Of a DNA stretch of 64,000 nucleotides, positions 26,228-36,790 are shown piece after piece. Under the pieces are notes generated by a model. That model was not told the origin of the DNA and searched no databases. It worked only from the letters and a program-made list of their open reading frames with translations. Where the stretch lies: positions 17,453 to 81,452 of the forward strand of contig JBPOHU010000003.1 in the NCBI GenBank assembly GCA_052035195.1, given 5' to 3'. The position numbers were made by a program, and so were the translations under genes. The stretch's first letter is position 1. Each line of letters opens with the position of its first letter. Origin of the DNA: Candidatus Nomurabacteria bacterium. GTDB lineage: Bacteria; Patescibacteriota; Minisyncoccia; Phycocordibacterales; UBA9973.

Positions 26228-26746
26228 ATGAAATATGTATCAATTTTTATAGTTATTGTTTTTATTGGAGTAGTGATTGGGTCTTGGCTTAAAAAGACCC
26301 CACAAGTTGAAAATGTAAACCAAAGCGCCCCAGAAGAACAAGTAGTGGAAAATAAAGATTTGCCAGAGCAGGCAACTACACCTGCAGATACAGGAAAAAA
26401 GATTAATAAGGTAACAACAATACAAGGTATGAAAATAGAAACAACAAAACAAGGAACGGGTGTAGAAATAAAAAACGGTCAAACAGCAGTAGTTCACTAC
26501 ACAGGTAAACTAACAGACGGAACTACTTTTGATAGTAGTAAAACTCGAGGAACACCATTTGAATTTCCTCTTGGTGCCGGTATGGTTATCAAGGGTTGGG
26601 ATATGGGTGTACTAGGAATGAAAGTAGGAGAGATAAGAATGCTTACTATTCCATCTGACCTTGGATATGGAGAGCGTGGTGCTGGAGGAGTTATTCCACC
26701 AAATGCAACTCTAGTATTTGAAGTAGAGCTTCTAGGAATTAAATAA
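26228..26746 (+). CDS. FKBP-type peptidyl-prolyl cis-trans isomerase, membrane-anchored
   Basis: C-terminal FKBP domain [17 protein letters not shown]...[13 protein letters not shown]...[10 protein letters not shown]; N-terminal TM. Confidence 0.85.
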   Translation: MKYVSIFIVIVFIGVVIGSWLKKTPQVENVNQSAPEEQVVENKDLPEQATTPADTGKKINKVTTIQGMKIETTKQGTGVEIKNGQTAVVHYTGKLTDGTTFDSSKTRGTPFEFPLGAGMVIKGWDMGVLGMKVGEIRMLTIPSDLGYGERGAGGVIPPNATLVFEVELLGIK

Positions 26747-26802
26747 AAAACATAAAATCCCCTTTGTGACAAAAGGGGATTTTATGTTATAAATAAGTAA
26801 CT

Positions 26803-28359
26803 ATGAAAGAAAAAGTAAAAAATTTGTTCCAAAGAGCGTTGTTATGGTGGAAGGGTCGAACAAGAAGAATGAAAATAATAATGACCATAGTTTTGGCCAT
26901 CATTGTTCTTATTGTTTTAACTGGCGGTAAAGATGATACTAGTGTAGTAGAAACTGTTAAAAAGCAAACTATCACTAGAACTGTAATAGCTAGTGGTAAA
27001 GTTGTTAGTTCCACAGATCTTTCTCTTGGTTTTGAGGTTAGTGATGTTGTTAGGTCTATCAATGTCTCTGTGGGAGATAAAGTAAAGAAAGGTGCTGTTA
27101 TAGCTACTTTAAATAGTGGCGAAGAGCGTGCTGCGGTAACAAGTGCCAAGGGCGCACTTCTTTCAGCTGAGGCAAGGTACAAGAAAGTGCTTGAAGGTTC
27201 TTCAAATGAAGAAATAGCCTTAGCTCAAGTAAATCTTAATAATGCAAAAAAGGATTTAGAAAATACAAAGAAGACACAAGACACTCTTGTTACAAGTGCC
27301 AAAAGAAAACTTCTTTCAGATTCTCTTATAGCAGAATCATTGGGTTCTAACTTTACTGCAAACGCTCCTAGAATATCAGGAACATATACTGGAGCTGAAG
27401 GATTTTATACTATCAATATTTCCTCTGGTGGAGGTGAATATATAAATTTCTCTGGTATTGAAACAGGTACAGCAAAATACAGTACAACAACACCTCAGCC
27501 ACTAGGCACAAAAGGCTTGTTAGTTGTTTTCCCGTCTGGTACTAGCTCAAGCCAAGGAGGTACATGGACTGTTAGTATTCCAAATACTAGTGGATCAGGC
27601 TACGTAACAAACCTAGGTGCCTATAACCAAGCAGTAGATACTAGAGATGCTAGTGTTTCTGCTGCAGAGTCTTTGGTAGCCCAAAGAGAAGCAGAGCTTA
27701 ATCTAAAGCGAGCAACAGCACGCCAACCAGATGTAGATAGTGCATTAGCAGATGTTATTACTGGTCAAGCAGGAGTTGAATCTGCTAACGCTCGTCTTGA
27801 GAAAAAGATCCTTCGAGCTCCAGCTGATGGCACAATAACAAAAGTAGATATAAAAGTAGGAGAGATAAGTACTCCCCAAAAAGAAGTTGTGGTTTTGCAA
27901 GATATTAGCAATCTGTATCTAGAAGCAAATATTGGTGAGGGTAATATCAGTACTATCGCTCTTGGGCAAAATGTAACTGTTTCTTATGATGCTCTACCAG
28001 GGCAAACATTTTCTGCAAGCGTTTCTTCTATAGATCCATCAGCCACAGAAAATGGAACAGTAATAAATTACAAAATTAAAGCTTTGATTTCTGATGTTAC
28101 AGGGATTCGCCCTGGTATGACAGCAAATATGGCTATTGTAACAGCTGAAATACCTGATGTTTTGGTTCTACCAGGCAGAGTTGTACAAGAAGATGAACAA
28201 GGAGAATTTGTCTCTGTTGTTACCTTTGAAAAAGGTCCTAAAAGAAAAACAGCTCGTAGCGCAGTTACTCTCGGAGTCAAAGGAGATGGAGATATAGTTG
28301 AAATAAAAACAGGAGTAACAGAAGGACAAAAAGTTCTTTGGACTCCAAAAACAAAATAA
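26803..28359 (+). CDS. HlyD/MacA-like periplasmic adaptor (membrane fusion protein) with large insertion
   Basis: N-terminal TM, coiled coil, beta-barrel motif RAPADGTITKVDIKVGE; upstream of ABC permease and ATPase. Confidence 0.65.
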   Translation: MKEKVKNLFQRALLWWKGRTRRMKIIMTIVLAIIVLIVLTGGKDDTSVVETVKKQTITRTVIASGKVVSSTDLSLGFEVSDVVRSINVSVGDKVKKGAVIATLNSGEERAAVTSAKGALLSAEARYKKVLEGSSNEEIALAQVNLNNAKKDLENTKKTQDTLVTSAKRKLLSDSLIAESLGSNFTANAPRISGTYTGAEGFYTINISSGGGEYINFSGIETGTAKYSTTTPQPLGTKGLLVVFPSGTSSSQGGTWTVSIPNTSGSGYVTNLGAYNQAVDTRDASVSAAESLVAQREAELNLKRATARQPDVDSALADVITGQAGVESANARLEKKILRAPADGTITKVDIKVGEISTPQKEVVVLQDISNLYLEANIGEGNISTIALGQNVTVSYDALPGQTFSASVSSIDPSATENGTVINYKIKALISDVTGIRPGMTANMAIVTAEIPDVLVLPGRVVQEDEQGEFVSVVTFEKGPKRKTARSAVTLGVKGDGDIVEIKTGVTEGQKVLWTPKTK

Positions 28360-28365
28360 TAATTC

Positions 28366-29643
28366 ATGCCCAAAAAATACGGATTTTTTGAAAAATTAAG
28401 AATAGATATAGCTGTAGGGGTTTTTCTTGCAAAGAGAGAACTCAAGCGAGCAAACAAATGGACAACAACCCTTATTGTTTTTGTCATGCTTCTTACTTTC
28501 TTAAATCTTGTAGTTGTTAGTGGTATCTTGGTTGGGCTTATTCAAGGCTCACTTGATCAAAACAAAAAGTTTAGCTCAGGCGATGTTATAGTGTCTTCAT
28601 TTTTAAATCGAAACAAAGTAGAAAATAGTCAGGAGACTATAAAAATAGTAGAAACTATTTCAGGGCTTCGTGCTTATAGTGCCCGCTATACAAGCGGGGG
28701 AAGTTTGCAGGCAAACTACAGAGATGTTTTGTTAAAAAATGAACAGCCAAATAGTGTCGGTGCTCAAATCATAGGAGTAGATCCTATAAAAGAAGATGTA
28801 GTAACAAACATTTCTTCTCTTTTAGTTGAAGGTTCATATTTAGAGCCTACTGATACAGATAGTATTATTGCCGGAAGTTTTCTTTTTAGGAAATATAATG
28901 AAAATGAATTTCCAGGATTAACAACTCTCAAGGATGTACCTGTCGGTTCAAGAGTTCTTCTTAAAATTGGAGAAAATAGCAAGGAGTACACAATCAAAGG
29001 AATATTAAAATCAAAAGTAGGGGAAGTAGATGGAGCTGTCTTTATGTTAGATAGTGAGTTCCGCAAACTAACAGGTAGAACTGATTATAATGTTAATCAA
29101 ATAGCAATATCCTTGGTACCAGGAACCGATCCGCTAATTGCTAAGTCAGCACTGCTTGAAGCTGGTGTCGGAGAAAATGGCCGAGTACAAACTTCTGACG
29201 AAGCCATACCTCAATTTCTTGACCAGATCAAAACAACCTTTGGTCTTTTAGGAAATGCTATTTCGGCTATTGGTCTTGTAGTTGCAGCAATCACAATATT
29301 TATTGTGATCTTCGTTAATGCTATTACACGCCGAAGATATATTGGTATTTTGAAAGGTATCGGTATCGAACCAAGGGCAATTATTATCTCTTATATTATC
29401 CAGTCTCTACTTTATGCTGTTATAGGTGCATTTGTAGGAATAATAATAGTTTTTGCTTTTCTTAAACCATTGTTTGATGTTCATCCTATAGACTTCCCGT
29501 TTTCTGACGGTATATTAGTAGCTACTGTTTCCGGAACAGCTACTCGAACTATAATACTTCTAATAGCAACAATAGTTGCCGGATATATTCCAGCTAGAAT
29601 AGTTATAAGACAAAATACTCTTAGTGCTATCTTAGGAAGATAA
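28366..29643 (+). CDS. ABC transporter permease, MacB/FtsX family
   Basis: N-terminal TM, large periplasmic domain, C-terminal FtsX-type four-TM bundle. Confidence 0.8.
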   Translation: MPKKYGFFEKLRIDIAVGVFLAKRELKRANKWTTTLIVFVMLLTFLNLVVVSGILVGLIQGSLDQNKKFSSGDVIVSSFLNRNKVENSQETIKIVETISGLRAYSARYTSGGSLQANYRDVLLKNEQPNSVGAQIIGVDPIKEDVVTNISSLLVEGSYLEPTDTDSIIAGSFLFRKYNENEFPGLTTLKDVPVGSRVLLKIGENSKEYTIKGILKSKVGEVDGAVFMLDSEFRKLTGRTDYNVNQIAISLVPGTDPLIAKSALLEAGVGENGRVQTSDEAIPQFLDQIKTTFGLLGNAISAIGLVVAAITIFIVIFVNAITRRRYIGILKGIGIEPRAIIISYIIQSLLYAVIGAFVGIIIVFAFLKPLFDVHPIDFPFSDGILVATVSGTATRTIILLIATIVAGYIPARIVIRQNTLSAILGR

Positions 29644-29647
29644 AAAT

Positions 29648-30325
29648 ATGATTGAAATAAAAAACCTAACAAAAGAATTTTCAAGTGGAGACTCAAAACT
29701 TATTGCTGTAAATAATGTGTCTCTTAATATTCCAGAAGGACAGTTTGTTTCTATTACAGGTAGATCGGGTAGTGGTAAAAGTACTCTTTTGTATCAACTA
29801 GGACTACTAGACCATCCAACAAGTGGTGAAGTTTATATAGACGGAGTGAACGCTACAGCTCTCTCAGAAAATGATCAGACTCGCATGCGACTTCATGCTC
29901 TCGGATATATTTTCCAAGACTATGCTATTTTACCAAGTCTTACAGCACTTGAAAATGTCATGGTCCCTCTTTTGATGCAAGGTCTTAGTGAGAAAGTTGC
30001 TAAAGAAAAATCAGAAAAAGCCTTGGTGCGTGTTGGGCTTGGAGATCGAATGAATAATCTGCCTAGTCAACTCTCTGGTGGACAACAACAACGTGTTTCT
30101 ATTGCTAGAGCAATAGGGCATGACCCTAAGATAGTTTTTGCTGATGAACCAACAGCTAACCTGGACTCAGAAACATCACGAACTGTTTTGGATGCCTTTT
30201 TGGAACTTAACAAAGAAGGTCAAACTATAGTTATGGTAACGCATGAACCAGAATACGCACATCTAACTCATAGAATTATAGAACTCCGAGACGGTATTGT
30301 TGTTAGTGATGAGATGAATAAATAA
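29648..30325 (+). CDS. ABC transporter ATP-binding protein (MacB/LolD-type)
   Basis: Walker A GRSGSGKSTLL, signature LSGGQQQRVSIARA, Walker B IVFADEPT. Confidence 0.9.
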   Translation: MIEIKNLTKEFSSGDSKLIAVNNVSLNIPEGQFVSITGRSGSGKSTLLYQLGLLDHPTSGEVYIDGVNATALSENDQTRMRLHALGYIFQDYAILPSLTALENVMVPLLMQGLSEKVAKEKSEKALVRVGLGDRMNNLPSQLSGGQQQRVSIARAIGHDPKIVFADEPTANLDSETSRTVLDAFLELNKEGQTIVMVTHEPEYAHLTHRIIELRDGIVVSDEMNK

Positions 30326-30335
30326 AAAACCTCTG

Positions 30336-30668
30336 CTAAAATAATGCAGAGGGAAGTACTATGTTATTCGGACTAAGAGTTCTCTGGAGTACACTTTTTA
30401 AGTAATGCTCGACGCTGTCATCGTAAGAGGTCACACTCGGTGTTTTTAGTTTATTTTTTTGACTTTTAATATAATCAATAAAACTAATTTCTCTGGAATG
30501 ATACTTAATTTTTTTTGAGATGTCGGTGGTTATGTTGTTGTAAACAATATACCAGACCAGTGTTTCTGTGATAATCTCTCGTTTTTCACATACAATTAAA
30601 AAGTTAGCCTTGCCGGTTTTTAATTCAGCGGTTATTTCAAAATACTTTTTCTTCATGGTATTTTTCAT
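30336..30668 (-). CDS. Hypothetical protein
   Basis: 110 aa, no recognisable family. Confidence 0.35.
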   Translation of the reverse strand: MKNTMKKKYFEITAELKTGKANFLIVCEKREIITETLVWYIVYNNITTDISKKIKYHSREISFIDYIKSQKNKLKTPSVTSYDDSVEHYLKSVLQRTLSPNNIVLPSALF

Positions 30669-30750
30669 GATATTTTTTTCTTTACTTTACACTAAAACGT
30701 ATCTATGTCAAAAAATATTGATGAAAACACTTTGGGGTATAATATAAGTC

Positions 30751-31527
30751 ATGCAAACATTCATAGAAAAAAACCAAAAATTAGTACTTATTATTAGTAT
30801 TTTATTAGGATTATTCTTGCTCGCTAGCACTATCAAAGTTATGCGAGAGAGTAGATTTGTTGGTTCAGGACTGAACGCTACAAATACTATTTCTGTGACA
30901 GGACAAGGAAAGATAGAGAAGTCTCCAGATACTGCCAAGATTGCTTTTTCAGTTCGAGTAGAAAAGAAAGTTTTGAAAGAAGCTCAAGATGAAGTAAGTA
31001 CAAAGATTGATGCTGTTAAAAAAGATCTTTTGGCTACAGGTATCGAAGATAAATACATAAAGACAGATAGTTATACTTCATATCCTCAGTACGATTATTC
31101 TCGTTGTTATGCAAGTATTTGTCCTCCTACAAATTCAACACTTCGAGGTTATGAAGTTTCTCACTCTATAACAGTTTCTGTTAAAGATCTTGAAAAAGTA
31201 GACGCTGTTATGGGTGTTCTAGGGAAAGCAGGAGTTACAGATATAAGCGGTCCAAACTTTGGTTTTGAAGATGATAAACTCGTTGCTCGTGAAGCTCGTG
31301 ACGCTGCTATAGTAGACGCAAAGGCAGAGGCTGATAAGCTAGCTAAAAGTCTAGGTGTAAAAATAGTGCGCATAGTTTCTTTCTCTGAAAGTGGTTCTGG
31401 ATATCCTATGCCTATGTACGCTAGAGATATGGTAGTAGGTGCTAAGGCAGAGTCTACAGACCCTGTTATTCCAGTAGGAGTACAAAAAGTAGAATCAAAT
31501 GTAACTATTGTTTACGAAATACGCTAA
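30751..31527 (+). CDS. SIMPL/DUF541 family periplasmic protein (BP26/OMP28-like)
   Basis: N-terminal TM or signal, then ISVTGQGKIEKSPDTAKIAFSV...RGYEVSHSITVSV typical SIMPL domain. Confidence 0.7.
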   Translation: MQTFIEKNQKLVLIISILLGLFLLASTIKVMRESRFVGSGLNATNTISVTGQGKIEKSPDTAKIAFSVRVEKKVLKEAQDEVSTKIDAVKKDLLATGIEDKYIKTDSYTSYPQYDYSRCYASICPPTNSTLRGYEVSHSITVSVKDLEKVDAVMGVLGKAGVTDISGPNFGFEDDKLVAREARDAAIVDAKAEADKLAKSLGVKIVRIVSFSESGSGYPMPMYARDMVVGAKAESTDPVIPVGVQKVESNVTIVYEIR

Positions 31528-31624
31528 AAACTAAATAGTTTTTACTGGTTGACTAAAAACGTCCTATAAGGTATTATAGAAAAGTAATGCCTTCCGGGGC
31601 GTTTTTTAGTAACCGCAAAAATAT

Positions 31625-31804
31625 ATGAAAATCACACAATTTTTAAAAGAAACAAAAGGGGAGTTAAAACAAGTATCTTGGCCATCACGCCGAAGACTGA
31701 TTATTTACACTGTGGTCGTTATTATTTTTTCATTAGCACTCGGATATCTTCTTGGAGCATTTGATACGCTATTCCAAGCAGGGCTTCGAAGTCTCATCTA
31801 CTAA
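31625..31804 (+). CDS. secE: Preprotein translocase subunit SecE (59 aa; absent from ORF track)
   Basis: MKITQFLKETKGELKQVSWPSRRRLIIYTVVVIIFSLALGYLLGAFDTLFQAGLRSLIY; conserved position upstream of nusG-rplK; promoter TTGACT-17-TATTAT at ~31557-31585. Confidence 0.7.
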   Translation: MKITQFLKETKGELKQVSWPSRRRLIIYTVVVIIFSLALGYLLGAFDTLFQAGLRSLIY

Positions 31805-31873
31805 CCCGCCAAAATTTTGGTTAAGGCTTTAGTTTAAATAATAATTATAAGAAAAATTTAGGAGGGTAAATAT

Positions 31874-32422
31874 ATGTCAAAACAAGAACAAACAGGAGTA
31901 CGACACTGGTACGCTATTCATACTTATTCAGGATATGAAAATGCTGTGCTTCGTAATCTTAAGCAACGTATAGAAAGTCTAGGTGTTGGAGACAAAATCT
32001 TTAACGTAGTTGTCCCTACTGAAAAGAAAATAAAAATCAAAGGAGGAAAACGTGTAGAAGTAGAAGAGAAGGTTTATCCCGGTTATGTTTTGGTAGATAT
32101 GATTGTGACAGATGATTCATGGTTTGTGGTTCGAAATACTCCTCGAGTAACAGGGTTCGTAGGTGCAGGTGTTACTCCTGTTCCTCTTACACAAAAAGAG
32201 ATTGACTATCTACTCGGACAAATGAGTGAAGAGCATACAGCTAAGCACAACATTGACCTTGAGGTTGGCGAAACTATTATCATCAACGATGGTCCATTCA
32301 AGGAGCTTGAAGGAGCAGTAAGCGAAGTTGATAGAGAGCGAGGTAAGGTCAAGGTGATGGTATCTCTCTTCGGACGAGAAACTCCAGTCGAACTTGACTT
32401 TTTGCAGGTTAAAAAGCTCTAA
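31874..32422 (+). CDS. nusG: Transcription termination/antitermination protein NusG
   Basis: NGN domain WYAIHTYSGYENAV..., KOW motif GETIIINDGPFKELEGAV. Confidence 0.9.
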   Translation: MSKQEQTGVRHWYAIHTYSGYENAVLRNLKQRIESLGVGDKIFNVVVPTEKKIKIKGGKRVEVEEKVYPGYVLVDMIVTDDSWFVVRNTPRVTGFVGAGVTPVPLTQKEIDYLLGQMSEEHTAKHNIDLEVGETIIINDGPFKELEGAVSEVDRERGKVKVMVSLFGRETPVELDFLQVKKL

Positions 32423-32498
32423 TTTACAAATTCACAATTTCTGGTAGAATGCTCTCGTTACGCTATTGCTTCTACTTAGCACTAACACATAGAAAAAT

Positions 32499-32924
32499 AT
32501 GGCAAAAAATATAACTAAAAAAATTAAGGTTCAAGCTATGGGGGGAGCCGCAACTCCAGCTCCACCGCTTGGTCCTGCTCTTGGACAAGCAGGCGTAAAC
32601 ATTTCTGATTTCGTTCAGAAATTTAACGCCGCAACTCAAGATCAAAAAGGCGAGAAGCTTGGTGTTAAAATCACTGTTTACGAAGATCGCTCTTATGACT
32701 TCGTAGTGACTACTCCGCCAGTTGCAGACCTACTCTTTAAAGCAGCAGGAATAGCAAAAGGTTCTGGAAAGCCTCGAACTTCAAAAGCAGGTAAGATAAC
32801 AAAAGCACAACTTCAGCAAATAGCAGAGCGCAAAATGCCTGACTTAAATGCAAATGATATCGAAGCGGCAATGAAAATCGTTGCAGGTTCAGCACGAAGT
32901 GCCGGTATCGAAATCGTTGGTTAA
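32499..32924 (+). CDS. rplK: 50S ribosomal protein L11
   Basis: MAKNITKKIKVQAMGGAATPAPPLGPALGQAGVNI... Confidence 0.9.
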   Translation: MAKNITKKIKVQAMGGAATPAPPLGPALGQAGVNISDFVQKFNAATQDQKGEKLGVKITVYEDRSYDFVVTTPPVADLLFKAAGIAKGSGKPRTSKAGKITKAQLQQIAERKMPDLNANDIEAAMKIVAGSARSAGIEIVG

Positions 32925-33052
32925 TCTCAATATATAAAAACCCCACTTCGCATAAAGCTACGCGGGGCAAGAAAAAATCCCTCACCTCTACGGTGGGGGA
33001 TTTTTGTTTTGTCTATCAAAAATAAAAAACCCGCATTTGCGGGCTTTGTTTT

Positions 33053-33910
33053 TTATACTGCAACAGGAGCTTTAATCCCCGGATGGGATTGATAGTTTTG
33101 AAGTGTAAAGTCTTCATACTTGAAACTAAAGATATCTTTCACTTCTGGATTGATATGCATCTGAGGTAGAGGAAAAGGTTCCCGTTTTAACTGTGTCATA
33201 ACTTGTTCGAAGTGGTTATTGTAGATATGTACGTCACCGAAAGTATGTACAAAATCTCCAATTTTCAGATTGCATACCTGTGCAATCATCATCGTTAACA
33301 ATGCATAAGAAGCAATGTTAAATGGAACACCCAGGAATACATCAGCACTTCGTTGATAGAGCTGGCAACTGAGTTTTCCATTTGCCACATAAAATTGGAA
33401 CATACAATGACATGGAGCTAACGCCATTTTTGGCAGGTCGGCTACATTCCAGGCGTTTACTATCAACCGCCGACTGTCTGGATTTTTCTTGATTTGATTT
33501 ATCAAATCATTAATTTGGTCAATAGATTTTTTCTCCCAGTGTTCTGGCACTATTTCAGTTTCAAAACCACCACCTACAGGAGTTGCTGGAACAAAAACAA
33601 TATTTTCCCAGCTACGCCATTGTTTGCCGTACACCGGCCCCAGATCGCCGTTTTCATTTGCCCACTCATCCCATATATTTACACCGTTTTCTTTCAGAAA
33701 AGCGATATTGGTATCGCCTTTCAAAAACCAGAGCAGTTCATAGATGATACTTTTGAGGTGGACCTTTTTAGTGGTTACTAGTGGAAAGCCCTTAGAAAGG
33801 TCAAAGCGCATTTGATAACCAAACACGCTTTGTGTTCCGGTTCCAGTCCTGTCACTTTTATCAGTGCCTGTTTCAAGGATGTGTCTGAGCAAGTTTAAAT
33901 AATTTCGCAT
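33053..33910 (-). CDS. thyA: Thymidylate synthase ThyA
   Basis: [15 protein letters not shown]...RTGTGT, active-site region [13 protein letters not shown]. Confidence 0.9.
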   Translation of the reverse strand: MRNYLNLLRHILETGTDKSDRTGTGTQSVFGYQMRFDLSKGFPLVTTKKVHLKSIIYELLWFLKGDTNIAFLKENGVNIWDEWANENGDLGPVYGKQWRSWENIVFVPATPVGGGFETEIVPEHWEKKSIDQINDLINQIKKNPDSRRLIVNAWNVADLPKMALAPCHCMFQFYVANGKLSCQLYQRSADVFLGVPFNIASYALLTMMIAQVCNLKIGDFVHTFGDVHIYNNHFEQVMTQLKREPFPLPQMHINPEVKDIFSFKYEDFTLQNYQSHPGIKAPVAV

Positions 33911-34019
33911 ATTATTCGTTTTTTTAATGAAGAATCTGTTTCTGATATTAGGTTAACCTAAAGGAAGGGAAAGTCAAAGAGAAAGATGATTTATTCCTTA
34001 AAAATGCTAGAATCGTCAT

Positions 34020-35729
34020 ATGTTAAAAGCACTAGAACAGGGGATTAAAAAAGTAGTAGAGGAGCTCGGCCTGCCTGAGGTGACTTTTTCTCTTGAGCAC
34101 CCAAAGGAGCTCTCTCATGGAGACTATATGACCAATGTAGCCCTGATTGTAGGTAAACAAGAAAATAAAAACCCTATAGAGCTCGCAGGAACTATTGCTA
34201 AAAATCTAAAAAACCAAAATATCGAAGGAGTAGAAAGTATTGAAGTAGCAGGCCCAGGATTTATAAACTTCACACTCAAGCGACAAGTGTTTGTTAAAGG
34301 GTTAGTTGGTGCACAAGATAGTGAGTGGGGTAACACTGATGTATACGCGAACAAAAAGATTTTGATAGAACACTCAAGTCCAAACCTTTTCAAACCATTT
34401 CACATTGGACACTTGATGAACAACACAATCGGTGAAGCTCTCTATCGACTAGCGAAATCTTCTGGTGCACATGCAACTCCTATTTCTTTCCCATCTGACA
34501 TTTCTCTTGGTGTAGCAAAAGCGATTTATATTCTTCTTGAAAAATACGGAGAAGACTTTGTGCCGACTGATGTCTCAGTGCTCGGGGATGCTTATGTCGA
34601 AGGTGTAAGAAAATACCAAGAAGCAGAAGAAGAACAACCATGTGGAAGTATTGTGTATCGAGTGAAAGAAATCGCTGATAATTTATATGCACAAAAAGAT
34701 TCTCCAGAATTTACACTTTTTAATGCATGTAAAAAGTTAAATATTGCATATTTTGAATCAATTTTAAAAAACCTAGGATCTCACTTTGATTCATATATAT
34801 ATGAAAGTGAGGTCGGAGATGATGGAAAAAGAATTGTATTAGAAAATACTCCAAAGATATTCACTGAAAGTGAAGGAGCGGTTGTGTATATTCCAGAAGA
34901 GGGTAGCAAGCTCCATACCGCTGTCTTTATCAACAGCCAAGGAAATCCTACATATGAAGCAAAGGATATCGGTCTTCTTGATTTGAAATTCTCTCGTTAT
35001 CAACCAGATATTTCTATTACTGTCACTGACAATCAACAAACCTCACACTTCCAAGTAGTAGTAGATGCGGCTGGAAAAATAAATCCCGCATGGCAAAACA
35101 ATAGTGTGCACCGAAGTCACGGTCGCATGAGTTTCAAAGGCTCTAAGATGTCTTCTCGTCTAGGCAACGTGCCTCTCGTTGAAGATATCCTCTCTACTGT
35201 TTCAGAAGAGGTAAAAGAGAAAAATCCTGATGTGTCTGAAGAGGTAGCAAAACAGGTCTCTATCGCTGCTATTAAGTTTGCTATCCTTCGTACACAAGCT
35301 GGCAAGGATATAAATTTTGATCCCGATACTTCACTTTCATTCGAAGGGGATAGTGGTCCTTATCTGCAATATACCGCAGTACGAGCCGGAGCTCTTCTTG
35401 AGAAAGGGAAAGCTTTGGGTATCACTCCAAACACTGATACTCCTGTAGCAGGCCTGCCTGCGCAGGCAGGTGCAGAGACACTTGAGAGATTGATTGCTCG
35501 CTTCGTAGAGGTGGCAGGAGAAGCACAAAAGTCATGGGCACCACACTATGTAGTCTCATACCTTCTCGAGCTCGCACAAGCCTTCAACTCCTGGTATGGT
35601 CAAGGCAAGATTGTAGATGCGGAAGATGTGTCAGGTACAGCCTACCGCCTTTCTGTGGTTGCAGCAGCCCGCCAGACCCTCATAAACGGCCTCTGGGTCC
35701 TGGGTATTGAAACTCCTGAGAAGATGTAA
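34020..35729 (+). CDS. argS: Arginine--tRNA ligase
   Basis: HIGH motif SSPNLFKPFHIGHLMNNTIGEAL, ArgRS anticodon-binding C-terminal domain; 569 aa. Confidence 0.9.
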   Translation: MLKALEQGIKKVVEELGLPEVTFSLEHPKELSHGDYMTNVALIVGKQENKNPIELAGTIAKNLKNQNIEGVESIEVAGPGFINFTLKRQVFVKGLVGAQDSEWGNTDVYANKKILIEHSSPNLFKPFHIGHLMNNTIGEALYRLAKSSGAHATPISFPSDISLGVAKAIYILLEKYGEDFVPTDVSVLGDAYVEGVRKYQEAEEEQPCGSIVYRVKEIADNLYAQKDSPEFTLFNACKKLNIAYFESILKNLGSHFDSYIYESEVGDDGKRIVLENTPKIFTESEGAVVYIPEEGSKLHTAVFINSQGNPTYEAKDIGLLDLKFSRYQPDISITVTDNQQTSHFQVVVDAAGKINPAWQNNSVHRSHGRMSFKGSKMSSRLGNVPLVEDILSTVSEEVKEKNPDVSEEVAKQVSIAAIKFAILRTQAGKDINFDPDTSLSFEGDSGPYLQYTAVRAGALLEKGKALGITPNTDTPVAGLPAQAGAETLERLIARFVEVAGEAQKSWAPHYVVSYLLELAQAFNSWYGQGKIVDAEDVSGTAYRLSVVAAARQTLINGLWVLGIETPEKM

Positions 35730-35799
35730 TTGACTTTTTTGTACTTAGTGGTAATATCCACGCAAAGCAATTTTGCAAAAAAAACTAAAATAATTTACT

Positions 35800-36288
35800 T
35801 TGAAAAAAGAAATAGATATTTATTCAGGGGCAACGGCTACTATAAAAAAAATATTTAGCTGTGATAGAAAAGTTAACGAATGGGAGGACAAAAGAGATTT
35901 AAGACTCAAGGAATTGAGAGATATAGTAAAAACTAATATCCAGAGTCTAATTACCGATCCGGTTCATAAAAACTTCTTTAGCGTAGAAACGTTAGGAGCG
36001 CGTTCCTTAAAAGATTTTGATAAAAGCTTTCTCCAAGAAATAGTTAACCACCTAGCATTTAGGAATGGAAAGCTTGAATATGATGGTAGTTATACTACTT
36101 TTAATTTTGATAAAGAAGTACTGGAGAAATCAGGTTTTCATTTTACAGAAAGAAAAGCTAGAGAACTTGCAGCAAGTATTTCCACGGTTCTTAAGGGTGT
36201 TATGGTTGTTGAATTTTCAAATATATTTGATTCTAAGCCTGTTGATTTGGTTCAAATTATTTTTAAAGTTGACCTGATTATCGAATGA
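35800..36288 (+). CDS. Hypothetical protein (ORFan cassette gene 1)
   Basis: 162 aa, cytoplasmic, followed by the GGCCGCATTTGCGGC-T8 terminator module. Confidence 0.45.
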   Translation: MKKEIDIYSGATATIKKIFSCDRKVNEWEDKRDLRLKELRDIVKTNIQSLITDPVHKNFFSVETLGARSLKDFDKSFLQEIVNHLAFRNGKLEYDGSYTTFNFDKEVLEKSGFHFTERKARELAASISTVLKGVMVVEFSNIFDSKPVDLVQIIFKVDLIIE

Positions 36289-36293
36289 TTTAA

Positions 36294-36317
36294 GGCCGCA
36301 TTTGCGGCTTTTTTTTA
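36294..36317 (+). terminator. Cassette boundary module copy 1 (terminator part)
   Basis: ggccgcatttgcggc plus T9; same hairpin as copies at 36715, 37328 and 37897. Confidence 0.6.
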
Positions 36318-36388
36318 TTTGAGATTCACCATGGTTGGCGTGGTTGACTTCCGATTTTTTTAGTGTAGAGTTCTTTAAAATATTATTT

Positions 36389-36709
36389 ATGAACCAAGTA
36401 ATAATCAATGGTTACTCAAGAGAAGGACTTGAGGTTTTAATAAAGGAGTTAAATATTCTTTTATTAAAAAGAGAAAACCTTTTTAAGTTTTCTGGTGTCC
36501 CCAGTAAACCGCTTTCTATTAAACCAGAAATGGTCATAATCCTTCAGGACCTGCTTTCATTTGTAAATGATAACATCAGATGTGGTAGCTATAACAATCT
36601 TGACGGCTGGAAGGAAGAGTTGAACAGGATAGGTGGCCTTTTCTGGTTTAAGGTAAGAATTTATTTTAAGGATTTTCCAGTCCAGCTCAAACCTATTTTA
36701 GGCGATTAA
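36389..36709 (+). CDS. Hypothetical protein (ORFan cassette gene 2)
   Basis: Start MNQVIINGYSREG at 36389 (ORF track 36335); 106 aa. Confidence 0.4.
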   Translation: MNQVIINGYSREGLEVLIKELNILLLKRENLFKFSGVPSKPLSIKPEMVIILQDLLSFVNDNIRCGSYNNLDGWKEELNRIGGLFWFKVRIYFKDFPVQLKPILGD

Positions 36710-36710
36710 T

Positions 36711-36790
36711 ACAAGGCCGCATTTGCGGCTTTTTTTTATTTAGGATTGACTTCCAAACCCTTTCTTGTATTATCAAGAAAAATATTTAAG
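36711..36790 (+). repeat. Cassette boundary module copy 2: terminator hairpin plus promoter TTGACT-16-TATTAT
   Basis: aaggccgcatttgcggc-T8-tatttaggaTTGACTtccaaaccctttcttgTATTATcaag; ~85 nt nearly identical to copy 3. Confidence 0.65.

Noticed and set aside
32737-32985. 82-aa - strand ORF
   Set aside because: Antisense to rplK and its terminator.
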